The notes below the pieces were generated by a model that was given only the letters and a program-made list of their open reading frames with translations, had not been told where the DNA came from and made no database searches. DNA of 60,460 bases, filler included. It is 9 parts of 9 records of this genome, joined end to end, with 100 filler letters (N's around TTAATTAATTAA, not from the genome) between each part and the next. Parts side by side here need not be neighbours in the genome. Positions count along the whole stretch, not along the records: positions 24,328 to 31,847 come from SRR31147125_45509; positions 31,948 to 37,566 come from SRR31147125_45532; positions 37,667 to 44,562 come from SRR31147125_45575; 6 more parts are not named here. One strand, given 5' to 3'. Below are positions 31,579-42,238 of this stretch, in pieces. A program made the position numbers and the translations under genes. Position 1 is the first letter of the stretch, and each line of letters starts with the position of its first letter.

Positions 31579-31847
31579 CTAAAAGAAATGAACACTTAAC
31601 AGATCACCCAAAGAAGGCATCAAAAATATCAAAACGAAATAGAGTGCGGCGCCTGCCAGGCTTACCGGAAACCAGCCCGATTTTGAAATTTCTGGTCCAT
31701 TTAACATCGGTTCTCTGCGCATCCTTATGGGTTTCAACGATCTCCTCAGCTGTTTTGGGCCGCATTTTCCACCCGGGCCATCCATCCATGAACCAAAAGA
31801 TAATCAGCCAGATATTAATCAACCAGATGGTTGGAATCATGGGGAAC
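31579..31847 (-). CDS. C-terminal fragment of an integral membrane protein (possible transporter), frameshifted
   Basis: FPMIPTIWLINIWLIIFWFMDGWPGW... continues in another frame as SLAGAALYFVLIFLMP...*. Confidence 0.6.
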
Positions 31848-31947
31848 NNNNNNNNNNNNNNNNNNNNNNNNNNNNNNNNNNNNNNNNNNNNTTAATTAAT
31901 TAANNNNNNNNNNNNNNNNNNNNNNNNNNNNNNNNNNNNNNNNNNNN
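31848..31947. other. Artificial contig spacer
   Basis: N44-TTAATTAATTAA-N44. Confidence 0.99.
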
Positions 31948-32281
31948 CATCATGTTCATGATGGCCTTTGCAAATATTATCTTTTACTTCTAATTGATTG
32001 TTTATGTATAAATCAATAACATCTAAGACTTTTCCCCTAGCACCAGTCACCACTTTGATATTTAATGCATCAAATCTAGCTTTCGCTTTTTGGCCAAGTT
32101 GCTGACAAATAACGACATCAACACCTTCATTCATCATAATATGAGGTATACCCTCATGTTCGTGTTTAATGTTTTTAATCTTTTTTAGTTGTTCTCCTTG
32201 CGCATTAAAACATATGATTTCATCACTTTTTCCAAAATGAGATGAAACCATACCTTGATCACTAACAATGGCTATTTTCAT
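31948..32281 (-). CDS. NifB/NifX-family (FeMo-co binding domain-like) protein, 3' truncated
   Basis: MKIAIVSD..VSSHFGKS, GVDVVIC..LG, His-rich tail. Confidence 0.85.
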
Positions 32282-32292
32282 AAAATCCCTCT

Positions 32293-32640
32293 TTATTTAT
32301 AAGACATGTCAAAATAAGGACAAAACTTGCATTTTGACGCATCAATTTCATCTTTACAAAGACGATAATTTCCACCCGCAATTTTAATCGTTTTTCCGAT
32401 CACTAAAGCAATTGCTATTTTATTTTTAGCACGATAATAAATACGTTGTAATGTTGTTCTTGCGATGTCCATTTCTCTTGCTGCTTTTTCTTGATTCAAA
32501 CCTATAAAATCAATTAATCGAATACTTTCATATTCTAAAATACTCATAAAAAGAAATTCATTACTTTGTGAAGTTTTAGGTCCAAATACAGTAATTTCAG
32601 GTAATTTACAAACTTTCCCTTTGACTTTTGATCGTGCCAT
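32293..32640 (-). CDS. DUF134 HTH DNA-binding protein
   Basis: EYESIRLID, LNQEKAAREMDIARTTLQRIY, IAGGNY, C-terminal Cys; GGAG before ATG 32640. Confidence 0.9.
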   Translation of the reverse strand: MARSKVKGKVCKLPEITVFGPKTSQSNEFLFMSILEYESIRLIDFIGLNQEKAAREMDIARTTLQRIYYRAKNKIAIALVIGKTIKIAGGNYRLCKDEIDASKCKFCPYFDMSYK

Positions 32641-32654
32641 GTATACGCTCCATT

Positions 32655-32668
32655 TGGGCATATGCCCA
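32655..32668. promoter_or_regulatory. Perfect 14-bp palindrome, candidate DUF134 operator
   Basis: TGGGCATATGCCCA, GC-rich within AT-rich DNA, 15 bp upstream of the DUF134 start. Confidence 0.65.
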
Positions 32669-32713
32669 TTATTAACTATATTTTATGCCTTTTTATATGA
32701 AATGTCAATAAAA

Positions 32714-32741
32714 AAATACATGACAATTTGCCATGTATTTT
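32714..32741 (-). terminator. Intrinsic terminator after the ABC transporter pair
   Basis: AAAATACATG...CATGTATTTT with T tract on the minus strand. Confidence 0.6.
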
Positions 32742-32758
32742 CATATAAGTTATTTATT

Positions 32759-35227
32759 TTATATATCGTACTTCGCTGATATCTCAGATGGTGTATTTCT
32801 AAGTAGTGTCATAATTGGAATCATACCCGCACCAATGTTGACAACATAGACGAGAAGAGCACCAATTAAAACTGACAGCGGACTAATAATAAACGGTGAA
32901 TCTCCAAGAGGTGTTGACGTAAATTGCATAAAGATGAAAGTTGCAAATAAATATCCCAACATAGAGGTTATCGTTGACATAAATGCTGTCTCAACGAGAT
33001 ATGAAATAGCAATTTCTCGCTTTTTCATCCCTAATGATCGATAGACTGATATTTCATATATACGTGATATCATTGTTGAATGCATCAAGAAATAAAAACC
33101 TAAAAATGATGCACCAAATATAATAATAATCATTGGAACCATAAATGAAAGTGATACAGTAAGTCTTGCTTGAGACAATGCATACGATGTTTCTTTTTGT
33201 GCTTTTAAGTTAATATCTTCTAAGTTTTCAATGAGTGTATTTGGATCTTTAGTGTATACATACAATGATTGGAAATAATATCTATTACGATTCTCATATA
33301 TTTTTTCTTCTAAGATAGTCTTCGAAACATATGCATTTTTTTCTTCATTATTTTCAATTACTCCGCTTACCTCACCAATACCATCAATCATCACTGGCCA
33401 AGATTGACTATCATCTAATAAATCACTTAATGCATAATCTTCTAGAAATCTTGATGTCACAAGTGATTGCTCACCTGTTGGCAGACTACCATATAGTAAA
33501 TCAGATGTCTCGAATGTTCGATACAAAAATGTGACGCGCGTTTGAACCAATTGATCATTAACTACTTTTTGAAAATCAACATTTACATCTAGCATGTCAT
33601 AATAAGTATCTTCAGGTACATAAATAACTGCTAAATCAGATTTTACGATACCAGAAATTTCATAAATTTTTTGATTGTTGACAATTTTTTCTTTGAGTAA
33701 GTCTTCTTGTGACCAAATCCCATAACTTTGAGCAAATGTAGGATCAAAGTCTAAGAGACCTGATTCAAAGAAACTATCAGCAAGCTCACTTGATATCATA
33801 ATTTCATTTGCAGCTGTTGCTACTTGTCCTTCAACCATCTTTGGTTTTTCTAAATTGCTAGATAAATCAACTGCTGCACTAAAATTAAAGAATGTTGAAT
33901 TTGTTTGTTCATCAACAATTGAAAATGTCCCTTGATTTAAAATATTGATAAAATCATTATCTCCAAGTGCACTCGTAAATGTCGTATAATCAATATATGT
34001 ATAATTTTCATCATCACTTTGATTGACAATCACATAATCATTATCATATTTCATATATGACGGATTTGGTACGATAAAGTTTGCTGCAAGTGCCATGGCA
34101 AGTGCAATCATCATGCCAGAGAAAATAAAACTAATCAGTAATAATTTTCCTTTTTTTGTTGATTGTAAAACTTTTTGGAAAGCAAGTTTAATAATTTGTT
34201 TTGAAGATACTAATATTTTTTTATCTTTTTTAACATGGTCTAAAACAAGTTCATTTTCATCGAAAGTTGTTTCTAAATAATCTTGTTTTTCCATTTTTTT
34301 GTAATGTTCATTTTTAAAAATCAAGTTTGAACGTTCATCAATAAGTTTAACTTGTTTAAATGATGAGTCAACATCAATATATAATGTTTTATTTCTAACA
34401 ACAAGTTTAACTTGTACAGGTGCTTCAACTTTTTCATCTTCTTGATACATTTCAATTTTAAATGTGTCATCTTGATGATCTAACACATGATGCATATCTT
34501 TTAAATATACAATATTTTCATCAATATGCTCATGATCAAATTGTGATTCATTGACAAATTGATCAACAATTTTACCATCTTTTAATTCAATAATGTGATC
34601 ACCATATATCTTGGCAATATCTTTTTCATGTGTGACTAAAACGACAAGTTTTTCTCGTGATATTGATTTAATAATTTTCATGATATCTAGCGTATTTTTA
34701 CTATCCAGATTTCCTGTCGGTTCATCAGCAATCACTATTTGAGGATTTTTAACTAAAGCTCTAGCGATAGCAACTCTTTGTTGTTGACCACCTGACAATT
34801 GGGTTGCTTTCTTTTTACGGTATTTAAACATACCAACTTCTTTTAATATGTATTCTACATTCTTGGTAATGACTTCTTCGTCATGAATCCCTAGCAGCCT
34901 TAATACAAAAGCAACATTATCAAAAACCGAAAGATTTGGTAGTAAATTATAGTTTTGGAAAATATATCCTACTTTTTGATTTCTAATTTCATCCCAAGTA
35001 TTTGCATCATATTTATCAATATATTGACCATTAAAATCAATACTACCTTTATTCACTTTATCAAGTCCACCAACAACATTAAGGAGTGTCGTTTTACCTG
35101 ATCCAGAAGGTCCTAAGAGAATGACTAATCCTTTTTCAGGAAAGTCTAGACTAATGTCATTCATGACATGTATTTCATTACGTTTATTTTTAAAGAAATA
35201 CTTATCTAAGTGTTGTAATTTAATCAT
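32759..35227 (-). CDS. Fused ABC ATPase/FtsX-type permease (MacB-like)
   Basis: GPSGSGKTT, LSGGQQQRVAIARAL, ADEPTGNLD; C-terminal FtsX (RIYEISVYRSLG) with TM helices. Confidence 0.92.
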   Translation of the reverse strand: MIKLQHLDKYFFKNKRNEIHVMNDISLDFPEKGLVILLGPSGSGKTTLLNVVGGLDKVNKGSIDFNGQYIDKYDANTWDEIRNQKVGYIFQNYNLLPNLSVFDNVAFVLRLLGIHDEEVITKNVEYILKEVGMFKYRKKKATQLSGGQQQRVAIARALVKNPQIVIADEPTGNLDSKNTLDIMKIIKSISREKLVVLVTHEKDIAKIYGDHIIELKDGKIVDQFVNESQFDHEHIDENIVYLKDMHHVLDHQDDTFKIEMYQEDEKVEAPVQVKLVVRNKTLYIDVDSSFKQVKLIDERSNLIFKNEHYKKMEKQDYLETTFDENELVLDHVKKDKKILVSSKQIIKLAFQKVLQSTKKGKLLLISFIFSGMMIALAMALAANFIVPNPSYMKYDNDYVIVNQSDDENYTYIDYTTFTSALGDNDFINILNQGTFSIVDEQTNSTFFNFSAAVDLSSNLEKPKMVEGQVATAANEIMISSELADSFFESGLLDFDPTFAQSYGIWSQEDLLKEKIVNNQKIYEISGIVKSDLAVIYVPEDTYYDMLDVNVDFQKVVNDQLVQTRVTFLYRTFETSDLLYGSLPTGEQSLVTSRFLEDYALSDLLDDSQSWPVMIDGIGEVSGVIENNEEKNAYVSKTILEEKIYENRNRYYFQSLYVYTKDPNTLIENLEDINLKAQKETSYALSQARLTVSLSFMVPMIIIIFGASFLGFYFLMHSTMISRIYEISVYRSLGMKKREIAISYLVETAFMSTITSMLGYLFATFIFMQFTSTPLGDSPFIISPLSVLIGALLVYVVNIGAGMIPIMTLLRNTPSEISAKYDI

Positions 35228-35228
35228 G

Positions 35229-37552
35229 TTATGCGACCTCCTTACTTAAATTAATATTTTCAATGACTGATTGTTTAAAGACACGTTTATTAAAGCGTAA
35301 GCCTAACCACATACCAAATAAGATAAAAATAACAAATAAGTAAAGGTAATTGCTCAATGTGAGTACCCGTAGGTTTGCGCCTATCTGGGCGATATATATG
35401 CCTAATATATTAATCGTTATAAGCATAAAGATGATTGACCCTAGCGCTATCATCACTTGTTCAACAACAACAAGTCTTGCAATGGATGTTTGTTGTGCAC
35501 CAATAGATCGATATATGGCAAAGTCTTTGCTTCTTGAACGCATGGTGTTTTTGGTTACAGCATGTACAATTAAATATAAGAATAGGCCAAATAATACTAA
35601 TAATATATTATAAAAGTATTTATAAAATACATATAAGAAATTAGTAGGTGTTGGTACATTTGAAGGATAATAAACACGATAAACATCTGTATCAATTCTA
35701 TCTAATACACGGTTACCTGCTGCTAGACCATCAACTGATAGTGATGCTGCATCTCTTGCTGTTAGTGTATATACATATTTATATGCTTCTTCAAATGATG
35801 ATTGAAATAGTTGATACAATGATTGATTAATAAATATGATGTCATAATTACCATCTGCTTCATCATATATATTAACATCTTCAATTTGATAATCTTCATG
35901 CAATGTTTGCTCACTAAAATTAGATTGATTCCAAATCCATACATTTGCAGATATATCTATATCTTGTATAACTCCACCTGATAACGCATCAAAATCACCA
36001 TTAAATGTTTGATCATCTGTAAATAAAATACTTGGATTACCTGAAGCAACATCTTCAACGACCCACATTTCATAAACAAAAAAATTCTTATCTAAATATT
36101 TCATATAGCTCTCTTGGTACTGATACTCAATATTATTATATGCATCTTGATCAATATATGTAGGATCAACTAAATCACTATTTAAAAATGCATCTGAAAA
36201 GAATACATATCCACCATTAGCATTTGATCCATGCACTTTATCAGTAATACCTGTAATTTCAAACTCAGCAACTATGGTTTCTTCTTCAAAAGACTCATAT
36301 GCATATTGTTGTGTTGATAAGACAACCACATCACCAATTTCAAAGTTCCCACTGGAATTATCAATGATGACTTCATTGACATTTTGTGGCATCGTACCCT
36401 CAAAATCAGTGGCATCAAGTAGCTCGGCTGCATCTGTTCCAGTCACTAAAAACTCTGCATCTTTATAACCGTATGCGACATCAAATGTTTCTGTAAAAGC
36501 ATACATACGTATATCGTTGTAGAAATTTAAAGCTTTTTCATATACAGCATCTACTTCTTTAATCGATTCAAAATAATCGATATCAGTTTGCGTTAAGCTA
36601 CTGCCATCTCTTTTTCAACAAGCAACCTTGTATCTGGCACATTGACATTATTAGATTGATTAGATGTTGAAAGATCTAATAATGACGAATTAATCGTTGC
36701 ATATAGTAAAGTAAACGCAAGCATGACAATCATTTGCATAAACAATAAAAAGATTGTTCTTTTAGGTGTTGAAGTTAAATTGCGTAGCCCAAAACGAAAA
36801 ATCGTTGATAATCTCATGGATTTTGTCTTTGGTTCTTCTATATTTATTGGTTCTGTTTTTTTAAACTTCTTATCTTCAGCAACTTGTCCATCGTGCATTT
36901 TAATTTTTCTTGTTGCATATGGTGCAACAACATCATAATCGTGTGTAACCACAACTACGAGTTTTTCAGCACTGATGTCATGAAGCAATTTCATGACAGT
37001 TTCAGCTGATTTTGAATCTAGATTCCCTGTCGGTTCATCAGCGACGATAATTGGACAATCTTTTGCAAGTGCTCTCGCAATCACCGCTCTTTGTTTTTGA
37101 CCACCTGATAGTTTTGATGCTTTATGATTAATATGTGAGGATAATCCTACTTTTTCAATAAGTTCTAAAGCTCTTTCTTTTTTCTTCTTTGGATCATAAC
37201 CTTGCACTTCAAGTGCTAATAAAACATTTTGAAGGACAGTATATGAGTCAATGATATTATAGTTTTGAAATACAAAACCTACATAAGCAGAACGATATTT
37301 TTCCCAATCAGAAACAATGTAATGCGATGTTTCTTCTTCGAATAAATAGAGTTCACCTTCTTGATATGTGTCAAGACCACTAATCACATTTAATAATGTC
37401 GATTTACCAGATCCTGATTCACCTGTAATAGCAACAAATTCCCCCATTGAAAATTCAAGGTTAACTTTTTGCATACCCACAGAAACTGTATCTGCTGATT
37501 TATAATACTTAGATACATCTTCTAGTTTAATAACTGATTTTAACTTTGACAT
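35229..37552 (-). CDS. Fused ABC ATPase/FtsX-type permease (MacB-like), frameshifted near 36610
   Basis: ATPase ORF 36593-37552 and permease ORF 35229-36506 (RSKDFAIYRSIG) join through an A-run frameshift. Confidence 0.88.
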
Positions 37553-37566
37553 TTTATACTCCTTTT

Positions 37567-37666
37567 NNNNNNNNNNNNNNNNNNNNNNNNNNNNNNNNNN
37601 NNNNNNNNNNTTAATTAATTAANNNNNNNNNNNNNNNNNNNNNNNNNNNNNNNNNNNNNNNNNNNN
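37567..37666. other. Artificial contig spacer
   Basis: N44-TTAATTAATTAA-N44. Confidence 0.99.
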
Positions 37667-38242
37667 AAGGGCCTGAGATGTGGAGTGTGGAGCAGAGCGC
37701 TAACACTTGGTTTTTTAAAAAGCTCAGCTGCATTTGGATCAATGGCTGATTTAGGAATACATAAAATTGACCTTATGAGATACTTAATCGGGGGCGAAGT
37801 TGATAGTGTTTATTCTAAGCTTTCTACTTTAGACAAAAAGTTTACTGATGGAACAATGATAGAAGTAGATGATAATTCAGTTGAAATTTTAACTTTTAGT
37901 CATGGAGTTGTTGGTACAGTTACTACAAGCTGGACTCACTATGGTGATGAATGTAATGCAACAATACTATATTGTGAAAAAGGCAGTATACATATATATG
38001 CTGATCCAAAATATTCGTTAAAAATAGTAAATGCTGATGGAACAAAAATATTTTATGAAATCGATAGAATGCAGCAAAATGACGATGCGAAGCAGGATAG
38101 TTCTGGAGTTATTGACACGTTTATAGATGCGATAATAGAAGATAAAAAAACAGTATTGGATGCAAGTGAGGCGCTTGAATCTATGAAAGTAGTTTTTGCA
38201 TGTTTAGAATCAGCTGAAAAGAAATCGGCTGTTACGTTATAG
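37667..38242 (+). CDS. Gfo/Idh/MocA oxidoreductase, C-terminal part
   Basis: GSMADLGIHKIDLMRYL, VDDN; 5' truncated with an indel near 37700. Confidence 0.88.
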   Translation, partial: KGLRCGVWSRALTLGFLKSSAAFGSMADLGIHKIDLMRYLIGGEVDSVYSKLSTLDKKFTDGTMIEVDDNSVEILTFSHGVVGTVTTSWTHYGDECNATILYCEKGSIHIYADPKYSLKIVNADGTKIFYEIDRMQQNDDAKQDSSGVIDTFIDAIIEDKKTVLDASEALESMKVVFACLESAEKKSAVTL

Positions 38243-38303
38243 ATTTGAAAATATTTAGATAGCAATGCATTTTAGTTGCTATATATTAAAAAGGAGAGTG
38301 GAT

Positions 38304-39404
38304 ATGAAAAAATTAGTAGTAATTCTTTTGGTTCTTGTAATGGTACTTAGCATAATGACAGCTTGTGGAAAGTCATCTAAGGCAGATACTATCTATGTTA
38401 TGGGACCAACACCAGACCATGGTTGGACAGCTCAAGCAGGTACATATGCTGAAGCTAAAGTAGAAGAAATCAAAGCAGCTGGTGAGTACAATGCAGTGTA
38501 CTTCCCTGCATCATCTGGAGAAGAGCAAGTAGACCAAGTTCAAACGATTATAGCTAACGGAGATGCAGCTGGTGTTGTATTCTTTGCACTAGAAGATTCA
38601 GCAAAAGCTGGTCAAGAAGCTTTAATTGCTAAAGATGTTCCTTTCATTTCTTTTGATAGAATCATCGAAGGACCAGACAAATATGCTATCTTGAATGCAT
38701 CTGGAGACAACTGGCAATGTGGAGCTGGTATTGCATACTGGCTACAAAAAAATGGTATGGTTGCGGGAGATGTGCTTGTAACACTATTTGGAGATAATGG
38801 TACGGTTTGTTCACGACGCCAAGAAGGTTTTGAGCAATTCTTAAGAGGAGAAATTAAATACTTTGACAATCACACTGGCGAATCTTATGAGACAGCAGAA
38901 GTTTGGACACAAGATCAAATTGATGAGCTAACAGGAACATATAAAAACGTATGTGACTGGAGTGCTGATGGTGCTTATGGATATCTAGAACAAAAAATTA
39001 CAGACATCGTAGCTGATGCTAGTGAAAAAGGTTCCCTTTACATCTACTCAATGGATGATGAAATGACATTTGGATTCTTGAATTTACTTGAAGCTAATGC
39101 GGTTGATGACGAAACAAAAACAGCTTTAGCAGATATGGATGTTTATATCTCAGCTATTGGTGGTATGGCAGAACTATACTCAGTTATCGATGGAAGTTCT
39201 TCGCAATCTGAAACAGCACAAATGTACTTTGACGACATGATGTCAGTATACTTCTCACCTAAGATGATGACGAATGTAATTGGATACATGGAAGATTATT
39301 TAGCAGGCGATTGGGATTATGAAGTTGGCGAAGGAAAATATGAAGTAGTTTGGATTGTAGACAAAGGAAATGTTTCTGAATACGAAGGATTTACAGGTCA
39401 CTGA
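38304..39404 (+). CDS. Sugar ABC transporter substrate-binding lipoprotein
   Basis: Lipobox MTAC, DHGWT, ISFDR, GDN, DDEM; AAGGAG before ATG 38304. Confidence 0.88.
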   Translation: MKKLVVILLVLVMVLSIMTACGKSSKADTIYVMGPTPDHGWTAQAGTYAEAKVEEIKAAGEYNAVYFPASSGEEQVDQVQTIIANGDAAGVVFFALEDSAKAGQEALIAKDVPFISFDRIIEGPDKYAILNASGDNWQCGAGIAYWLQKNGMVAGDVLVTLFGDNGTVCSRRQEGFEQFLRGEIKYFDNHTGESYETAEVWTQDQIDELTGTYKNVCDWSADGAYGYLEQKITDIVADASEKGSLYIYSMDDEMTFGFLNLLEANAVDDETKTALADMDVYISAIGGMAELYSVIDGSSSQSETAQMYFDDMMSVYFSPKMMTNVIGYMEDYLAGDWDYEVGEGKYEVVWIVDKGNVSEYEGFTGH

Positions 39405-39429
39405 TCTAAATAAATAATAAACAAAATAC

Positions 39430-39457
39430 GGGTGCAGGGATTTGTCCTTGCATCCGA
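39430..39457 (+). terminator. Stem-loop after the substrate-binding gene
   Basis: CGGGTGCAGGGA...TCCTTGCATCCG. Confidence 0.55.
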
Positions 39458-39573
39458 TTTAATTAGTATAAGAATAATTTAATATAAAAAATATGTTATA
39501 GTTAATTGATGATCATATGTATTATATTAAATTATTTTTTTAGCAAGATAAAAAATAAATAGAGGAGAAAAAT

Positions 39574-41076
39574 ATGAGTATTCTTGAAATGAAACATATT
39601 TCGAAAGCGTTTGGTGGAGCCAAAGCACTAATCGACGTTCATTTTTCTGTTAAAGCTGGCGAAATACATGCTTTGCTAGGTGAAAATGGCGCTGGGAAGT
39701 CTACGCTGATGAATATTTTGACGGGTGTAATACCGAAGGACAAAGGTGGGATTTTCTTTGATGGTGAAGAATACCCACACCCGACAATCATGCAAATGGA
39801 ATCAGCAGGGATAGCTTTTGTTCATCAAGAATTGAATGTCGTTAATGATTTGACTGTGTATGAAAATATATTTTTAAACAGAGATTCAGAACAAATTTGG
39901 GCTTTTGAACAAAAGAAGATGATAGATGAAACCAAATCTCTATTTGATAGCTTAGGTGTTGATATTAATCCTAACACTATGGTTGCTGAGCTGAAAACTA
40001 GTCAAAAACAATTGCTTGAAATATGCCGTGCGCTTTATGCGGATGCAAAACTTCTAATATTGGATGAACCTACAACAGCTTTAAGCAACAAGGAAGTAGA
40101 TCATCTATTCAGTATTTTGAGAAAATTAAAAGATAATGGAACGGCGTTTATCTTTATATCGCATAAGATGCCAGAAATATTTGATTTAGCACAAAGGTAT
40201 ACTGTTTTAAGAAATGGCGAATATATTTCATCAGGTTTTATTAAGGATACAAATGCGCATAAAATCGCTTCTGATATGGTAGGCGAACAGTATGTTGATG
40301 AGAATCTATATGTCGAAAGAAAACTTGGCGACACAATAGTAGAGCTTAAAGATTTAACAGGGCATGGTTTTTTTGATGTTAATCTTTCGATAAAAAAAGG
40401 TGAGATTGTTGCATTTACTGGGCTTGCTGGTAGTGGTGCAAGCGAACTTATGCAAACTATGTTTGGTGTATTGCCTGCTGTTTCAGGATCAGTGATAGTA
40501 AACGGCAAAACCCTGCATGGAAACATTACAAGTTTTATGAAAAATAAAGTTGCAATGCTTCCATCTAACAGAAAAGAAAAATCGGTTTTACCGGATATGA
40601 ATATACTAGAAAATACATATGTGGCTGAGCACACGCTATCCAGAAATAAACCACTAATATCTCAAAAAGATGAGGTGGATAAATATAATGATTTAAAGCA
40701 GATGCTGATGATTAAAGCGCAAAGTTATTTAGATCCTATTTCATCATTATCTGGTGGAAATCAGCAAAAAGTGTTTTTGGCAAGATGGCTTAATACCGAG
40801 GCAGAGGTTTTGCTGTTTGATAACCCTACTCAAGGGGTTGATGTTGGTGCGAAGGCCGAGATTTATAAGCTTATTCTAGAGTTTGCACGAGAAGGTAAAA
40901 CGGTTGTTATAAATACTTTGGAGATTCCAGAGATTAAAAAAGTATCGGATAGGTGTTTTGTTTTATTTGAAGGTAAAATAGTAAAAACACTATCACATGA
41001 GCAAATTAATGAGCATGATGTTATGCTTTATTCTACAAATGCGGTTAATGCAGAAGGGGTAAATAAACATGAGTAA
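39574..41076 (+). CDS. Sugar ABC transporter ATP-binding protein (RbsA/MglA type)
   Basis: HALLGENGAGKSTL, ISHKM, LSGGNQQKV, PTQGVDVGAK. Confidence 0.95.
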   Translation: MSILEMKHISKAFGGAKALIDVHFSVKAGEIHALLGENGAGKSTLMNILTGVIPKDKGGIFFDGEEYPHPTIMQMESAGIAFVHQELNVVNDLTVYENIFLNRDSEQIWAFEQKKMIDETKSLFDSLGVDINPNTMVAELKTSQKQLLEICRALYADAKLLILDEPTTALSNKEVDHLFSILRKLKDNGTAFIFISHKMPEIFDLAQRYTVLRNGEYISSGFIKDTNAHKIASDMVGEQYVDENLYVERKLGDTIVELKDLTGHGFFDVNLSIKKGEIVAFTGLAGSGASELMQTMFGVLPAVSGSVIVNGKTLHGNITSFMKNKVAMLPSNRKEKSVLPDMNILENTYVAEHTLSRNKPLISQKDEVDKYNDLKQMLMIKAQSYLDPISSLSGGNQQKVFLARWLNTEAEVLLFDNPTQGVDVGAKAEIYKLILEFAREGKTVVINTLEIPEIKKVSDRCFVLFEGKIVKTLSHEQINEHDVMLYSTNAVNAEGVNKHE

Positions 41077-42154
41077 AAACAAAATGAATTTCGGGCAAAT
41101 CATAGCAAAGTCGTGGACGAAGTATAGCTTTATATTTGTATTTGCTATTGTACTTATCGTATATTTCTTTACGATTCAAGCGAATGGTAATGTATTTAGA
41201 TGGGGACACATTTCTTCTATATTATCTAGCCAAAACACTGTTATTGTTGGGACGATAGCACTGGGTATGGCGCTGGTAATTATCACTGGACAAATCGATT
41301 TGTCTGTGGGTTCTGCGCTTGTGCTTTGTAGCGGTGTTACAATAATGGCGTTTAATGTGACAGATAGCATAGCATTAACCTTGTTAGCCGCTCTTGTGGC
41401 GGGTGCCGCATGTGGCTTTATAAATGGCGCACTTGCTGGTTTTGCAAAAATGCCGCCTTTTATCGTAACGCTAGGAACAATGCTGATATATCGCTCGTTA
41501 ACACTATCATTTGTAAGAGAGATAGACCCTCTTATCACAGGTTCATCAAGTAGTCAGTTTTCGCTAATAAGTGAGAATAGCAACTATGATTTTTTAAGAA
41601 TGAAGTTTGGAACAGGAGAAATACCTGGGCTTTCTATTCCGTATATTACAATAGTGTTTGTTTTAACAATGCTTCTGTTTTTGCTTATATCTAAAAACAC
41701 TAAATATGGTAAAAGTGTATATGCGGTTGGGAGTAATGAAAAAGCGGCGCATCTTTCTGGTATTAAAGTTCAATGGACAAAAGTTACAGTGTTTATTATT
41801 ACAGGTATTCTTGTTGGTCTTGGAAGCTTTATTCAAGCATGTAAAATTGGTAATGTAACCCCAGCATCGTCTGGTAAGTCTTATGAGATGTATGCCATTG
41901 CGGCGGTTGTGCTTGGTGGGGTTAATATGGCTGGTGGTAAGGGGAATATTCTTGGCGTATTCTTTGGAGCACTTTCGTACACTACTATTAATTTCATCAT
42001 CGTTAGTATTCCTGCACTTAGCACAGATATTCAAGACACTTTCCAAGGGCTTGTACTTATTATTGTTATTTTGGTTCAAACAGTTGGACCAGTAATAAAA
42101 GAACGAATTGCAGATTTAAGGAAACGTCGCAAGACTAATCTTGTAAAAGAATAA
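41069..42154 (+). CDS. Sugar ABC transporter permease (RbsC type)
   Basis: GQIDLSVGS, PPFIVTLG, YAVGSN, AIAAVVLGG. Confidence 0.95.
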   Translation: MSKNKMNFGQIIAKSWTKYSFIFVFAIVLIVYFFTIQANGNVFRWGHISSILSSQNTVIVGTIALGMALVIITGQIDLSVGSALVLCSGVTIMAFNVTDSIALTLLAALVAGAACGFINGALAGFAKMPPFIVTLGTMLIYRSLTLSFVREIDPLITGSSSSQFSLISENSNYDFLRMKFGTGEIPGLSIPYITIVFVLTMLLFLLISKNTKYGKSVYAVGSNEKAAHLSGIKVQWTKVTVFIITGILVGLGSFIQACKIGNVTPASSGKSYEMYAIAAVVLGGVNMAGGKGNILGVFFGALSYTTINFIIVSIPALSTDIQDTFQGLVLIIVILVQTVGPVIKERIADLRKRRKTNLVKE

Positions 42155-42238
42155 ATTATTAACCCAAATAGCCAGTCTCGAATCTGATTGGATTTGAGAA
42201 CAAGCTTTAAAAAAGCAAACAGAAATGGAGCAAATATA

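Noticed and set aside
22942..32281. NifA-like gene and NifB/NifX-family gene as one nif system
   Set aside because: They lie on different contigs from different organisms, separated by spacers
39878..39920. Odd segment RDSEQIWAFEQ in the sugar ABC ATPase
   Set aside because: An alternative frame reads EIQNKFGLLNK, the expected sequence, so this is likely a pair of compensating indel errors rather than a novel insertion
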